Origin: Bacteroidota bacterium
Lineage (GTDB): Bacteria > Bacteroidota > Ignavibacteria > UBA10030
NCBI GenBank assembly: GCA_015661185.1
Contig: JACVXU010000013.1
Span: 1 to 59,955, forward strand
DNA length: 59,955 nucleotides
Direction: 5' to 3'
This document shows positions 28,460 to 39,029 of the stretch, in pieces. Each line of letters opens with the position of its first letter. The stretch's first letter is position 1. A program made the translations under genes and the position numbers. Below the pieces are notes generated by a model. That model was given only the letters and a program-made list of their open reading frames with translations, searched no databases and was not told the DNA's origin.

Positions 28460-29689
28460 CTAGGCGGTTTGTGTTCCGTTTTCAGGTACGGAAGAACTGC
28501 TGTTCTTGAAAAACACGCTAAAAACGATCATAATGATGGCACCAAAGGCAGCAGGAATTGCCCAAAATGTTTGCCATTGCGCCGCAGCATCGGGTCCTGT
28601 CGATGTAACAATGCCATTATGCAGCCATCCTGAAATCTGTGCACCGATCAACATTCCGGCTCCATAGGTCATCAGGACCAGGAAACCCTGAGCCTGCCCG
28701 CGAATCTGGCGCGTCGAGCTCTTATCGACATAGATCTGGCCCGCCACAAAGAAGAAGTCGTAGCAGATACCGTGAAGAATGATTCCACCCATAATCATCC
28801 AGAAGATACCCGAGGGCGCAGCGAGAGAAAAGAGCACATAGCGAAGAACCCATGCCAGCATGCCGACAAGTAAGATCCATTTGATGCGCATGAAACGGAA
28901 GAAGAGGGGGAGGAGAATGATAAACAACGTTTCCGACATCTGGCCGAAGGACATCTTGAAGCCGGGATTGAGAATTCCGTTGAAATTTACAAACACCGGT
29001 GCATAAGCGTAGTAGGTGGAAAGAGGAATGCAGATGAGAAACGAGCTGATGATAAAGACGACGAAAGAAGGACTCTTCAGTTGTGCCAATGCATCCAGAC
29101 CCATGATTTCACGGAAGGTGACCTTTTCCTTTGCCGAAGGGGGCGTATGTGGAAGTGTATACGCATACAATCCCATGACCACACCCGCAGTGCCTGCGAT
29201 CCGGAGCGGCAATCCCGTTTCATCTGCACCCAGAACTGCGCTCACGAGAATACCGGCAACAATCCAGCCAACAGTTCCGAAGACGCGGATGATGGGGAAA
29301 TATTTTTCCTGTTCGGTCATATGATGGAAGGCAAGTGCGTTCGCCAATCCGATGGTCGGCATGTAACAGATCATGTGCAGCAATAAGAGAAAGATGAACC
29401 AGCCGGCGGCCCCTGCTTCTGCTGCCAGCGGTGCCAGAAACATGGCCACACCACCAATGATATGGAGCATACCGAGCACTTTCTCTGTTGAGAAGAACCG
29501 GTCTGCAACCATTCCGAGAAAGAAGGGAGAAATTATTGCGCCGATCGGCCCCACCGTATAGGCCCAGTAGATGACATCAGTCATACCGATGCGTCCCATA
29601 TAATTACCCACAGTCACATACCACGCACCCCAGATGAAAAATTCCAAGAACATCATACCGCTGAGTTGGAAGTAAATCGATTTTTTCAT
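28460..29689 (-). CDS. MFS nucleoside:H+ symporter family permease (NupG/YegT-like)
   Basis: MMFLEFFIWGAW, ADRFF, IRVFGTVGW, GQMSE, HGICYDFFFV..QIYVD; 12 TM. Confidence 0.9.
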   Translation of the reverse strand: MKKSIYFQLSGMMFLEFFIWGAWYVTVGNYMGRIGMTDVIYWAYTVGPIGAIISPFFLGMVADRFFSTEKVLGMLHIIGGVAMFLAPLAAEAGAAGWFIFLLLLHMICYMPTIGLANALAFHHMTEQEKYFPIIRVFGTVGWIVAGILVSAVLGADETGLPLRIAGTAGVVMGLYAYTLPHTPPSAKEKVTFREIMGLDALAQLKSPSFVVFIISSFLICIPLSTYYAYAPVFVNFNGILNPGFKMSFGQMSETLFIILLPLFFRFMRIKWILLVGMLAWVLRYVLFSLAAPSGIFWMIMGGIILHGICYDFFFVAGQIYVDKSSTRQIRGQAQGFLVLMTYGAGMLIGAQISGWLHNGIVTSTGPDAAAQWQTFWAIPAAFGAIIMIVFSVFFKNSSSSVPENGTQTA

Positions 29690-29700
29690 ACTGCCCCTTG

Positions 29701-30753
29701 CTAAGGAAGATGGATGATGTTCCCTGTCTTCACCGACTCGTCGGCTGCCAGTACAATGCGCAGGCTGTTGACAGCGTCGGCAAGATGTTCACGGAGGTCG
29801 AGATTGTGCCGGATCGACCGGAGAAAATACGCCTGCTCCCGGTTACATAATTCCTGGTGATTTGGTTCGTCGCTGCAATCGATAACAATGTTCTTTCCGG
29901 ATGCTGCATCATGTTTGATGAGCCTGCTGGTTTTGGTATGGGAATCGATATCGGCCGATCCCCCCTCCTTCGCTGCCTGCGGCTCTGCCATACTGATGCA
30001 TCCCAGTGGACCAATGACATCTTTCACGAAGTACGCAACTTCGCTCATCATCGGACCCCACCCCGCTTCGTACCATCCTACAGAACCATTTTCAAACACG
30101 AGCTGCAGCTGACCGTAGTTATACATGGCTTTATCGATTTCGTCGCTGAGGCGAGCTCCAATTGCCTGAACACGGAGCGGTTTCGAACGTGTCATCTGGC
30201 ACATGATATCGACGTAATGAACTCCGCAATCCACAATCGGCGACATTGATCGCATGAGACTCTTGTGGACTTCCCATTCGCTGCCGCTGCTTTGTTGGTT
30301 AAGATTCATTCGCATCACAAGAGGAGCACCTAGCTGTCGCGCCTCCTCGACAAACCGTTGCCATGCAGGATGGTGTCGCAGGATATAGCCGACGACTACT
30401 TTGTTCTTCTTTTCCTCCGCCAGGAGCGCTATTTCTTCCGCTTCGCGAACTGTACCTGCTATCGGTTTCTCAACAAACACATGCAGTCCCGCCAGAAGAG
30501 ATTGGAGAGTCAATTCGTAATGAGTCTCCGGGTAAGTGCATATCGCAACGGCGTCTGCTCGGCTGGATGCAACTGCCTCTTTCAGTGACGAATAGAGTGG
30601 TACATTCCCGAGTTCCGTCGAGAGTTTTTGAGCTCTCTCTTTTGACCGATCGAGAAGTCCCACCAGATCAAAGCCCTGAAGCTGGGTATACGCACGAGCG
30701 TGGGAAGAACCCATGTTCCCGCACCCTACCACAACAACACGCACATTCTCCAA
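29701..30753 (-). CDS. Cytoplasmic Gfo/Idh/MocA oxidoreductase
   Basis: GCGNMG, HVFVEKP, DCGVHYVD; no signal peptide; TTG start. Confidence 0.9.
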   Translation of the reverse strand: MENVRVVVVGCGNMGSSHARAYTQLQGFDLVGLLDRSKERAQKLSTELGNVPLYSSLKEAVASSRADAVAICTYPETHYELTLQSLLAGLHVFVEKPIAGTVREAEEIALLAEEKKNKVVVGYILRHHPAWQRFVEEARQLGAPLVMRMNLNQQSSGSEWEVHKSLMRSMSPIVDCGVHYVDIMCQMTRSKPLRVQAIGARLSDEIDKAMYNYGQLQLVFENGSVGWYEAGWGPMMSEVAYFVKDVIGPLGCISMAEPQAAKEGGSADIDSHTKTSRLIKHDAASGKNIVIDCSDEPNHQELCNREQAYFLRSIRHNLDLREHLADAVNSLRIVLAADESVKTGNIIHLP

Positions 30754-30766
30754 TGTATTGTTCCCG

Positions 30767-31819
30767 CTATTGTTTCAATTCCATCAACCAGATATTTCTG
30801 TACTGCACCAGGTTTCCATGATCCTGCAACAGGAGTCCGCCGGCTAATGTGACATCTTCATCGAGAGCGCCGCCGGTCGGTCCAGGCACTGCAAGGTTTT
30901 CATGTATCAGCACACCGTTATGCAGAACTGTCAGTTCTGCATCTTTGGTTTTCTTCCCTGCCTGATCGAACCTGGGCGCGCGGAACGTGATATCATAAGT
31001 TTGCCACTGACCCGGAGGCGCACACATGTTAACACGCGGCCGGGCAACCTTATAGATTCCGCCGCACTCATTGTCCTCTCCTTTGAGGCCATAACTGTCG
31101 AGGACCTGGACTTCATATCTTCCCTGCAGGTAAACGCCGCTATTCGCCCTGCCTTGCCCTGTCGCTTCCGGCATGACGGGTAACCGGAATTCTAGATGCA
31201 GCTGGAAATCAGAAAACTTCTGTTTCGATACAATGTCACCTGTACCCGGCGTCACTTCTGCAATGCGGTCCTGGACTTTCCAGCCGACAGGTGTTCCCTT
31301 CTGTTTCACATCGCGCCGTTCCCAACCATCCAGAGTAGTTCCATCAAAAAGAATCACCGCACCGGTTGGCGGTTTGGCTCCAAGAGTTGGAGGGAGCCGC
31401 ACCACATGCTTCAGTTCAAATAGTTGTGCCTCCTTCATTCGCGATCGACCGGAAACGACACCATCAGAATACGTCATCTGAAAAGATGCCAGATCATGAG
31501 AGGAAGACCCTGCCGTTGTGGGAGTAAACTTCCCATTTTCCAGTTGGGCCTCAAACGAGATCGGAAAGAATAAATCTCCTTTTTGATCAAAATACTGTTG
31601 AATCGTGAAACCATATTTTTTTCCACCAAGGACAATTACCTGCACCGCCAGTGGAGACACTGCCCCCTCATTGGACACCATATATCCCTGATAATCTCCC
31701 ATCACAGGATCCAGCGTGCTCGTCTCACCTTTCATGGTGGATGTTGTTGGAGAACACGATGTGATCATCAATGTGCTTGAAAGAATCGCCAGGAGCATAA
31801 GAACAGTGTTCTTCTTCAT
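30767..31819 (-). CDS. DUF1080 (3-keto-disaccharide hydrolase-like) lipoprotein
   Basis: Lipobox ITSC; LFDGTTLDGW, QGRANSGVYLQGRYEVQVLDS, LQDHGNLVQYRNIW. Confidence 0.9.
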   Translation of the reverse strand: MKKNTVLMLLAILSSTLMITSCSPTTSTMKGETSTLDPVMGDYQGYMVSNEGAVSPLAVQVIVLGGKKYGFTIQQYFDQKGDLFFPISFEAQLENGKFTPTTAGSSSHDLASFQMTYSDGVVSGRSRMKEAQLFELKHVVRLPPTLGAKPPTGAVILFDGTTLDGWERRDVKQKGTPVGWKVQDRIAEVTPGTGDIVSKQKFSDFQLHLEFRLPVMPEATGQGRANSGVYLQGRYEVQVLDSYGLKGEDNECGGIYKVARPRVNMCAPPGQWQTYDITFRAPRFDQAGKKTKDAELTVLHNGVLIHENLAVPGPTGGALDEDVTLAGGLLLQDHGNLVQYRNIWLMELKQ

Positions 31820-31837
31820 TGCGACACCCTTCCTCAT

Positions 31838-34800
31838 TCAATTTTTGTTGACTGAAATTCGCAGCCCTTCCGGTTTTCCCCCCTCGGGTGTGCGAAAACG
31901 AGCGCAAGCACCCCAATCGCCACCACCGTTACTAATTTTCATCATCAGGGAGTTCCAACCTTGTTTGAGTACGGCCGGAACAACGTCTTCTCCCGGTGTT
32001 ACCGCCCTTGCAGCTTCTTTGGCGTGGATAAGTTCACCGTTGAGCCACACTTTGAGTCCATCATCGCTCCCGACTTCCAATTGTGCTTTGCATTCTTTTG
32101 GAGACCAGACATTGGTTCGGACATAGACCACCTTCAATTCGCCTCCGATGATTTTATCAAACTCAAGCCGCCACAGCCGGTTCGGGTCGGTCATACTCTG
32201 GAATGGTATCCACTGCACTGATGAAGCATCTGCCCTTTCCGGTGCGAACGCTTCCGCGAAGAGATTTGCATTTTCCTTTATGTAAGGACCTGTAATTTCC
32301 CAGGAGGTGATATAGTCCTCGAGGCGCTCAATAATTCCGACAACTCCACGAGCCCGTCGGACGAGTGCATCATTCTTGGAGCTTTGTGCAATTTTCTTGA
32401 CATCTGCGGTAATGGCAGGGCCTGCGGTTCCGGCAATCCTCTCTGCGATATTCACAACGGCTGCTTCCGCTTCCTTTTGCAGCAGTTCGTCGTTCAGGTA
32501 GCCTGAAGCCAATTGAAATGCCTCAAGCGATCGAGCCTCTCCCACTGCTGAAAGCAACAATTTGAGCTCCTCTTTATTGGGAGCGATCTTCATGGCTTCC
32601 TGATATTTCCTGGTCGCATCATTGGCCGATTGTTTGGTATCGAGCCCAATGAGTCGAACTGCTCCCCGAAGTGCCAATGTGTTTTCTGTGATCACTTTTG
32701 CAGTCGTGGCTATCTTCCATAGATCGGTATACGGTTCTGAACTCGGCCATTCAGAAAGTGCACGGATGGCGGAGAGACGGATTTCACCATTCTTATGATT
32801 CAGTGCCGTGCGGAGAACCGGTAATGATGCGGGGGCTCCAATTTTTCCAAGAACATTCACAAAGGAAATGATAACCGCTTGTTTCTTTATCGAAGGATAA
32901 GCTGCCAGAATCGCTTCATCCTCCAGTGCAGGAGCAGGAATTCGTTTTGCTATGGCAACCAGGGCCAATTCAAACTCACGCCGCTCGGCGTCATCCTTCG
33001 CCAGGGTGAGAAATTCCATCATGGCGGGGATTTCATCAGCAGTTCCAAGCACCTTCAGTACTTTCGCCGATTCCAGACGAACCGCGACAGCAGGATCTTT
33101 GGATGTTTTCAACAGCGCAGGTATGGCGGAACTCATCTTTCGCTCCCCCATACTTTTGATCACTTCCACTTTTACTTTGCTGTCACCTGCTTTTATCAGC
33201 TGAAGCAGCGCTTCCTCGGTGCCCTGAGCGTTAAGTTCATTGAGACTATTTCTCGCGTCGTTTTGTTCTGCGCCTTTGGATGATGCTGCCGCACGAGCCA
33301 AGAGTGGTACAACGGTCGCATCGCCCATGTTGCCCAGGCTTCTGAGAGCTGCAGAACGGACATGTTGATCTTTCGATGAGACCGCAGAAGTCACAATGTT
33401 TTGGAGCTCGGCATCACGGTGATTCGAAAGTGAAGCAACCAGTTGAGCCTGACAGGCTGGAGGCAAACCTTGATAGGTGCGAGCGATCGTCCTTACCTGC
33501 TCGATACTGGATATTTCTCTTACGAGTTGAACAATATTTCTCTTACGAGTTGAACAAATGCCGGATGAAGATCGACCTCTTTACTCTTCAGCGTGTTCAC
33601 AATCAACTCCGATGCATTGGCAGGGTCGGCATGGATGATTCCCCTGAGTGCCGCAGAGCGAACGGGTACGGGTTCACCCGGTACATTCAACTCCCGATAG
33701 ACAGCAAGGGCACGATCCTTGTTTCCTGTTGAACTCAAGTGAGAAGCACAAACAAGGAGAGCATCGAGGAGATGTGGACGCAATTGAGATTTCATTCCCC
33801 GTTTCAAATCCTCCAGAATGGTGAGCGCCTCCGGAGTCCCGATGTTTCCGAGCGCTGAAACTACCGCAGATGCGACGACTGTATCTTCGTGAGCAACAAG
33901 CCGCTGCAACGCGGAAGTTGCACTCTGAACTCTTCGGTTTCGCAAAGCGTTGATGATCCCAACCATCGTTGAGGCTTTTGCTGTCGGCAGTGCTTGAAGA
34001 AGTGCTTGTTCTGCCGTTGATCCTTCTATGGATTCCAAAACAAAGAGCGCCATATTCGCTGTCTTGTCATCGGAAAGCATTGGGATCAATCGAGGGATTG
34101 AGCTCTCACTCCCCTTGAGCGACAACTTTTGGAAGATAAATTGCTTCCCACCGGACGATGCAGCACCTTCCAAGAATCCCAGGAAGAGTTGTTCAATTTT
34201 CACGCGTGCTTCAGGTAAATCATTCACGTCACGGAGAAATTCATCCAACTCAGCCATCGTGGCACGACTGTCACCGTACTGATAGGTTGAGAGCTTCGAT
34301 AGATAAGATTTCAGGAGACCTTCATCGAAGAAACTCATCGGATCGAACGGAACCGGCGACGTATTGATGTCATAATCGCCGAGTGCAAACTGGATACCAT
34401 CGAGGTAGTGCTGCAGCACTGCCGGAATTGCCAGCACTTCATTGTTGTGCCCAAGCGAGCAATAGAAAAGCCGACCTTTCCCGGACATCCGTACCCAGCT
34501 GATGGGAATATCGCGATCGGATTTCTTCACTCCAGAAGCTTTTCGATTCCGATCAAGTTTCATGTCGAGAGAAAGAAGAACGCGGCTGTTCTTACGAAGA
34601 TTGTTCTGACGAATGCGATAGATCTCGTCCTTGATGAGGAAGTCCTTCCCTTGAAAAGCGGCGTTCAACGGATGTGATGGATCGACGATTTTCACCCCCC
34701 ACGTTCCATCAGCCGTCCAAGGGTGACTGTCGAAGACTCCCCCAAACAGTTTCTGGGCTTCCGGCCATGTCGGGAAATTGTCGGTCGCGGCATGAAGTCC

Positions 34801-35241
34801 AACGATACCCTTACCGGTGGCAATAAAATCGAGGAGACTCTTTCGAAGAAGAGGATCATCGAATTTCAATTGTGTGGTATTATTGAAACAGACCGCATCG
34901 AAGCGCTGAAGGTTTTCCGGTCTAAAGATGGTAAGATCCTTGCTCATCACGGTCTGGAATGCTCCCGTTTTTCTCCCCATGACCTCCAGGGCTTTGCTCG
35001 CGCGCTCAATGGACGTGTGCTGAAATCCTTCAGAAAGGTTAAAGACAAGCAGCGTACGCGGTTGTCTTGGTTGAACGGTGGACTTCATGGGCACAGCCTG
35101 TTCAATCGCTTTTACCTCATCTTGCGAGAGCTGCGCATTTGCAGGAATGGCGAAGAGAAGAACGATAACGGCGACAATGATCAGGCTAACAAGTGATGGG
35201 TGTCTCAAGGTCTTTCCTCGTTGAGTTAGATGTGAATTCAC
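31838..35241 (-). pseudogene. ThuA-like + HEAT-repeat + C-terminal beta-domain protein, frameshifted
   Basis: ORFs 33520-35241 (signal peptide, ThuA-like GFQH...FDAVCFNNT...GLHAATD...FYCSLGH, HEAT repeats) and 31838-33466 (HEAT, GSDDGLKVWLNG) join into one 1126-aa frame if one copy of a 23-bp duplication is removed. Confidence 0.85.
33511..33556. repeat. Perfect 23-bp tandem duplication
   Basis: ATATTTCTCTTACGAGTTGAACA at 33511-33533 and 33534-33556. Confidence 0.97.
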
Positions 35242-36557
35242 AAATGCCAGGGACTTCGCATTGGACGTGCGAGCATCCGATCAGCTTCCGGATCGTTCAC
35301 GAATTGCTCTGTTGCAGGATCCCACTGCACTTTTCGCCCGAGTTTCATGGCGATCAAACCTAAGTGACCGACCATGATGGATCGGTGTGCAATTCTTGCC
35401 GGTGTAATGGCCTCAGCGCGACTCCGGATACAATCAAGGAAATTTTGATGATGATCGTCGCTCTTGTATAAATGAATTTCATTCGGACCAATCGCGGATG
35501 TGAGGAGCGATTTGTTCGAAGCATCGAATCCACCTCGATCAACCCAAATCCATCCTTCCGTTCCTTCAAATTGAACTCCCATACCTTTGGGCTGCTGTTT
35601 CTGATCCGCCACAATCATCGTGAATCCCTCTTTATACGTACAGACGAACCGGTAGCTTGTCGCCGTATCGAAAAGTCCGTCTTCAGCCTTCGGGAATTCG
35701 GCTACGCCTTCTATCTCGATGGGACTCGTCATCTCAGTGTCCATTCCCCACTGGGCGATGTCGACATGGTGACCGGCCCAATCGGTTATCATCCGGCCTG
35801 AATAATCGCTGATCCACCGGAAATTCCAATGACAGCGGTTGGGAGCGTACGGAACCAGAGGAGCAGGACCCAGCCACATGTCATAATCGAATCCCTCCGG
35901 GACAGGTGAAGGTTTGTAGCCTCCCTGATCGGAAATGCTGAATCCATACGGTAATCCAACCCGCACGGTCTTCACTTTACCGATCCTTCCATTCCGGACG
36001 AGTTCGCAGGCATACCGGAAGCTCTTCACCGAACGCTGCCAGCTTCCGGTTTGCCAGATGATACCATAGCGCTCCACTGCGTCGACGACAGCCCGTCCTT
36101 CTGCAATCGTGTAGGCCAGCGGCTTCTCTCCATAGATATCGAGACCTTTCTTAGCCGCTGCGACCGCAATCAGTGCATGCCAGTGATCCGGAGTTGCCAG
36201 GCTTATAGCGTCGAGATCACGTCTCTCAAGCAATTCGCGGAAATCGTCATACTCCGCACATCCCTTCTTTCCCGACTTCTCCTCCACCGTAGCAATCGCT
36301 TCCTTCCGCCGCTTCGCATCGACATCACAGATGGCGACAATCTGGGCTTCTGGCTTCTCAAGAAAGCTCTCCATGTTGCCTGTTCCCATATTACCGACAC
36401 CAATACATGCGAGGGTGATACGGTCGCTGGGAGCCACTGCACCCGATCGACCGAGCGCGGTGGAAGGAATAAACATCGGCAACCCGACCGCCCCAATGGC
36501 GGCTGCGGTTGCCTGTTTTAAGAAATCACGACGGCTTTTCTTTATGGTATTCTTCAC
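35238..36557 (-). CDS. Tat-exported Gfo/Idh/MocA oxidoreductase
   Basis: SRRDFLK; GVGNMG; ATPDHWH; YGEKPL; YDMWLGPAP; DWAGHHVD; ends MRSPWHL. Confidence 0.92.
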   Translation of the reverse strand: MKNTIKKSRRDFLKQATAAAIGAVGLPMFIPSTALGRSGAVAPSDRITLACIGVGNMGTGNMESFLEKPEAQIVAICDVDAKRRKEAIATVEEKSGKKGCAEYDDFRELLERRDLDAISLATPDHWHALIAVAAAKKGLDIYGEKPLAYTIAEGRAVVDAVERYGIIWQTGSWQRSVKSFRYACELVRNGRIGKVKTVRVGLPYGFSISDQGGYKPSPVPEGFDYDMWLGPAPLVPYAPNRCHWNFRWISDYSGRMITDWAGHHVDIAQWGMDTEMTSPIEIEGVAEFPKAEDGLFDTATSYRFVCTYKEGFTMIVADQKQQPKGMGVQFEGTEGWIWVDRGGFDASNKSLLTSAIGPNEIHLYKSDDHHQNFLDCIRSRAEAITPARIAHRSIMVGHLGLIAMKLGRKVQWDPATEQFVNDPEADRMLARPMRSPWHL

Positions 36558-36584
36558 GCCAGGTCTCCTTATTCGATCTTGTGG

Positions 36585-37577
36585 TTACTTATCAAACGCA
36601 GCATCGAATGCGACAGCGGATTGAGAAAAATCGGTTTTACGCACAAATTCACATGCTTCACGTGCCCCATGTTCGCGTTCCATTCCGCTATCCTCCCATT
36701 CAACCGATAATGGCCCGGTATATCGGATATGATTCAGGGCACGAATAATTTCTTCAAACTTTACCGATCCATGACCGAGCGATCGGAAATCCCAACCGCG
36801 CCCGCGTGCACCGAAGTTCAGATGCGATCCGAGAATTCCGTTTTTACCATCGAGCTGAAGTGCCGCATCCTTCATGTGCACATGGAAAATTCGATCGGGG
36901 AACTCTTCGATGAATCGGACCGGATCAATCATTTGCCAGAGGAGGTGGCTCGGATCGAAATTGAAACCGAATGTTTTCCGTCTGCCGATGGCATCGAGAA
37001 CCCGGTGCGCTGTAACGATATCGAAGGCAATTTCCGTGGGATGAACTTCGAGCGCAAACTTCACTCCGCATTCATCATAGACATCGAGTATGGGATTCCA
37101 CATGGATGCAAAGTACTTGTAGCCATCTTCGATCATCGCATCGGTGACGGGCGGAAAGCTGTAGAGCAGATGCCAGATAGATGAACCGGTGAATCCATTG
37201 ACAACGTTGATACCGAGATTCCGGGCAGTTCGGGCCGCATCCTTCATCGTTTCCACGGCCCAACCACGTTTTTTTTCAGCATCTCCAGCACAGGAGGCCG
37301 GGGCGAAGCCATCCGACCGGCTGTCGTTGTTCAGGTCGCACACAAGCTGACCGGCCAGGTGATGGCTGATGGCAAAGAGTTTCAGATTGTGTTTCTTGAG
37401 GATGCGGAGCTGATGCTTACAATAGTCTTTGTCGACCGCCCCCTTGGTTACGTCGAGGTGATCACCCCAGCAAGCAAGTTCGAGTCCATCATAGCCCCAT
37501 GCCGAAGTCTTTTTTGCTAATGTCGTAAGAGGCAGGTCGGCCCACTGCCCCGTGAAAAGTGTCACGGGTCTTGACAT
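36585..37577 (-). CDS. Sugar phosphate isomerase/epimerase (TIM barrel, IolE-like/keto-sugar lyase-hydratase family)
   Basis: LFTGQWADL, GLELACWGDH, FALEVHPTEIA, FDPSH, HVHMKD, SVEWED metal ligands. Confidence 0.9.
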   Translation of the reverse strand: MSRPVTLFTGQWADLPLTTLAKKTSAWGYDGLELACWGDHLDVTKGAVDKDYCKHQLRILKKHNLKLFAISHHLAGQLVCDLNNDSRSDGFAPASCAGDAEKKRGWAVETMKDAARTARNLGINVVNGFTGSSIWHLLYSFPPVTDAMIEDGYKYFASMWNPILDVYDECGVKFALEVHPTEIAFDIVTAHRVLDAIGRRKTFGFNFDPSHLLWQMIDPVRFIEEFPDRIFHVHMKDAALQLDGKNGILGSHLNFGARGRGWDFRSLGHGSVKFEEIIRALNHIRYTGPLSVEWEDSGMEREHGAREACEFVRKTDFSQSAVAFDAAFDK

Positions 37578-37588
37578 CGTCCTTCTCC

Positions 37589-38761
37589 TTATTTATGCAT
37601 TGGTGTCCATTTCTTCGAACTTTTCGCGCTGGCAAGGACTGTCTCGATAAAGAGCATGCCGCGCAAACCGTCGTTCACATTGGGAAAATCGAGAGCAAGT
37701 TTATCCGGTTTTACCCCTTCGATGGATGCACGAACCGTCTCGGCAAAATTGCAGTAGATATTCGCGGACGCTTCGATGAATGCCTCTGGGTGACCGAAGG
37801 GAAGTCGTGTAGCGCGGGCGGCTGCAGGACTCTTCGCTCCGATGTACGAATTCCCCCGCCGGAATATTTGAACGGGACCGTCAGGTTCTTTTACATAGAG
37901 ATAGTTCGGATGTTCCTGATGCCATTCGAGACTTTTCTTGGTGCCATACACCCAGATGGCCAGATTATTTTCTTCGCCAATCGAAACCTGGCTGACATGC
38001 AAAATACCCTTTGCACCGTTCTCGAACTTCAAGAGACAATTACAATCGTCGTCGAGCCGGCGGTCTTTCACAAAGATGGTCAGATCGGCACAGACCTCTG
38101 TGATCTTCAGACCGGTGACATATTCCGAGAGGTTTTCTCCATGCGTGCCGATATCGCCCAATGCTCCAGCCGCACCGCTTTGTTCCGGATCCGTTCGCCA
38201 GACTGCTTGTACACTCCCTGTTTGTTCCAGCGGTGTGGCAAGCCACCCTTGCGGATATTGAACAACGATTTTTCGAATATCTCCCAATTCTCCAGCCCGT
38301 ACGAGATCGCGCGCCAGTTTTACCATCGGATATCCTGTATAATTGTGCATGAGAGCGAACACTTTTCTCGAGGCTTTTACGAGTTTCTTTAGTTCGCGGG
38401 CTTCCTGCGTATTGAACGTCATCGGCTTTTCACACATGACATGGAGGCCGGCATTGAGACAAGCCTGAGCGATCGGGAAGTGTGAGTTATTCGGTGTAAC
38501 GATGGTAACGCAATCGATTCTTTCCCCTTTTGGAAGTTGCCGTTCTTTTTTTATCATCTCTTCATAGCTGCCATAGACGCGCTTGGGATCAAGGAGGAGC
38601 TGCCTCCCTGTCTCCTGTGACTTTTTCAGCGTTCTGCTGAAGGCTCCGGCGACGATTTCTATTCCCCCATCCATTCGGGCAGCCTTCCGATGGACCTCTC
38701 CGATAAAAGCGCCGGGACCTCCGCCTGCCATTCCCAGTTTCAATGTTCGCTTGAGTTTCAT
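37589..38761 (-). CDS. Cytoplasmic Gfo/Idh/MocA oxidoreductase
   Basis: GMAGGGPGAFIGEVHR, VTPNNSH, MCEKPM, YPQGWL, DIGTH, GHPEAFIEA. Confidence 0.92.
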   Translation of the reverse strand: MKLKRTLKLGMAGGGPGAFIGEVHRKAARMDGGIEIVAGAFSRTLKKSQETGRQLLLDPKRVYGSYEEMIKKERQLPKGERIDCVTIVTPNNSHFPIAQACLNAGLHVMCEKPMTFNTQEARELKKLVKASRKVFALMHNYTGYPMVKLARDLVRAGELGDIRKIVVQYPQGWLATPLEQTGSVQAVWRTDPEQSGAAGALGDIGTHGENLSEYVTGLKITEVCADLTIFVKDRRLDDDCNCLLKFENGAKGILHVSQVSIGEENNLAIWVYGTKKSLEWHQEHPNYLYVKEPDGPVQIFRRGNSYIGAKSPAAARATRLPFGHPEAFIEASANIYCNFAETVRASIEGVKPDKLALDFPNVNDGLRGMLFIETVLASAKSSKKWTPMHK

Positions 38762-38921
38762 GGATCCCCCGTAAGAGGTTTAGGAAAGAACTTCATTTGC
38801 GCTCTTGGAATAGTCTATCGCATCGAGATGCGGTGGATCACCCGAAAAGGAAGAATTGCCAAGGGGCAGCTTATGCATCATGATGAACGACATGATTGGT
38901 TCAACAACCGCAGGGGAAGCA

Positions 38922-38949
38922 ATTTTAAGCTATATGTCGTCAAAGTCAA
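38922..38949 (-). promoter_or_regulatory. sigma70-type promoter of the sugar-oxidation operon
   Basis: TTGACT (38949-38944), 16 bp, TAAAAT (38927-38922). Confidence 0.55.
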
Positions 38950-39029
38950 ATGGACAAGAATCGGGTTTTGTTAGGAGGTACTTTGAGCGATGGATTGTGA
39001 TAGATTGTAGTGCTTCCTCTTGTAGTAGA

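Noticed and set aside
31838..33466. Independent 542-aa gene starting at TTG
   Set aside because: Better explained as the 3' half of the frameshifted ThuA-HEAT gene; no RBS or signal peptide.
33511..33556. CRISPR-like direct repeat
   Set aside because: Only two adjacent copies with no spacer, inside a CDS, and no cas genes.
38939..38950. CtsR-like GTCAAA repeat
   Set aside because: Wrong spacing, not at a heat-shock gene, and it overlaps a -35 element.
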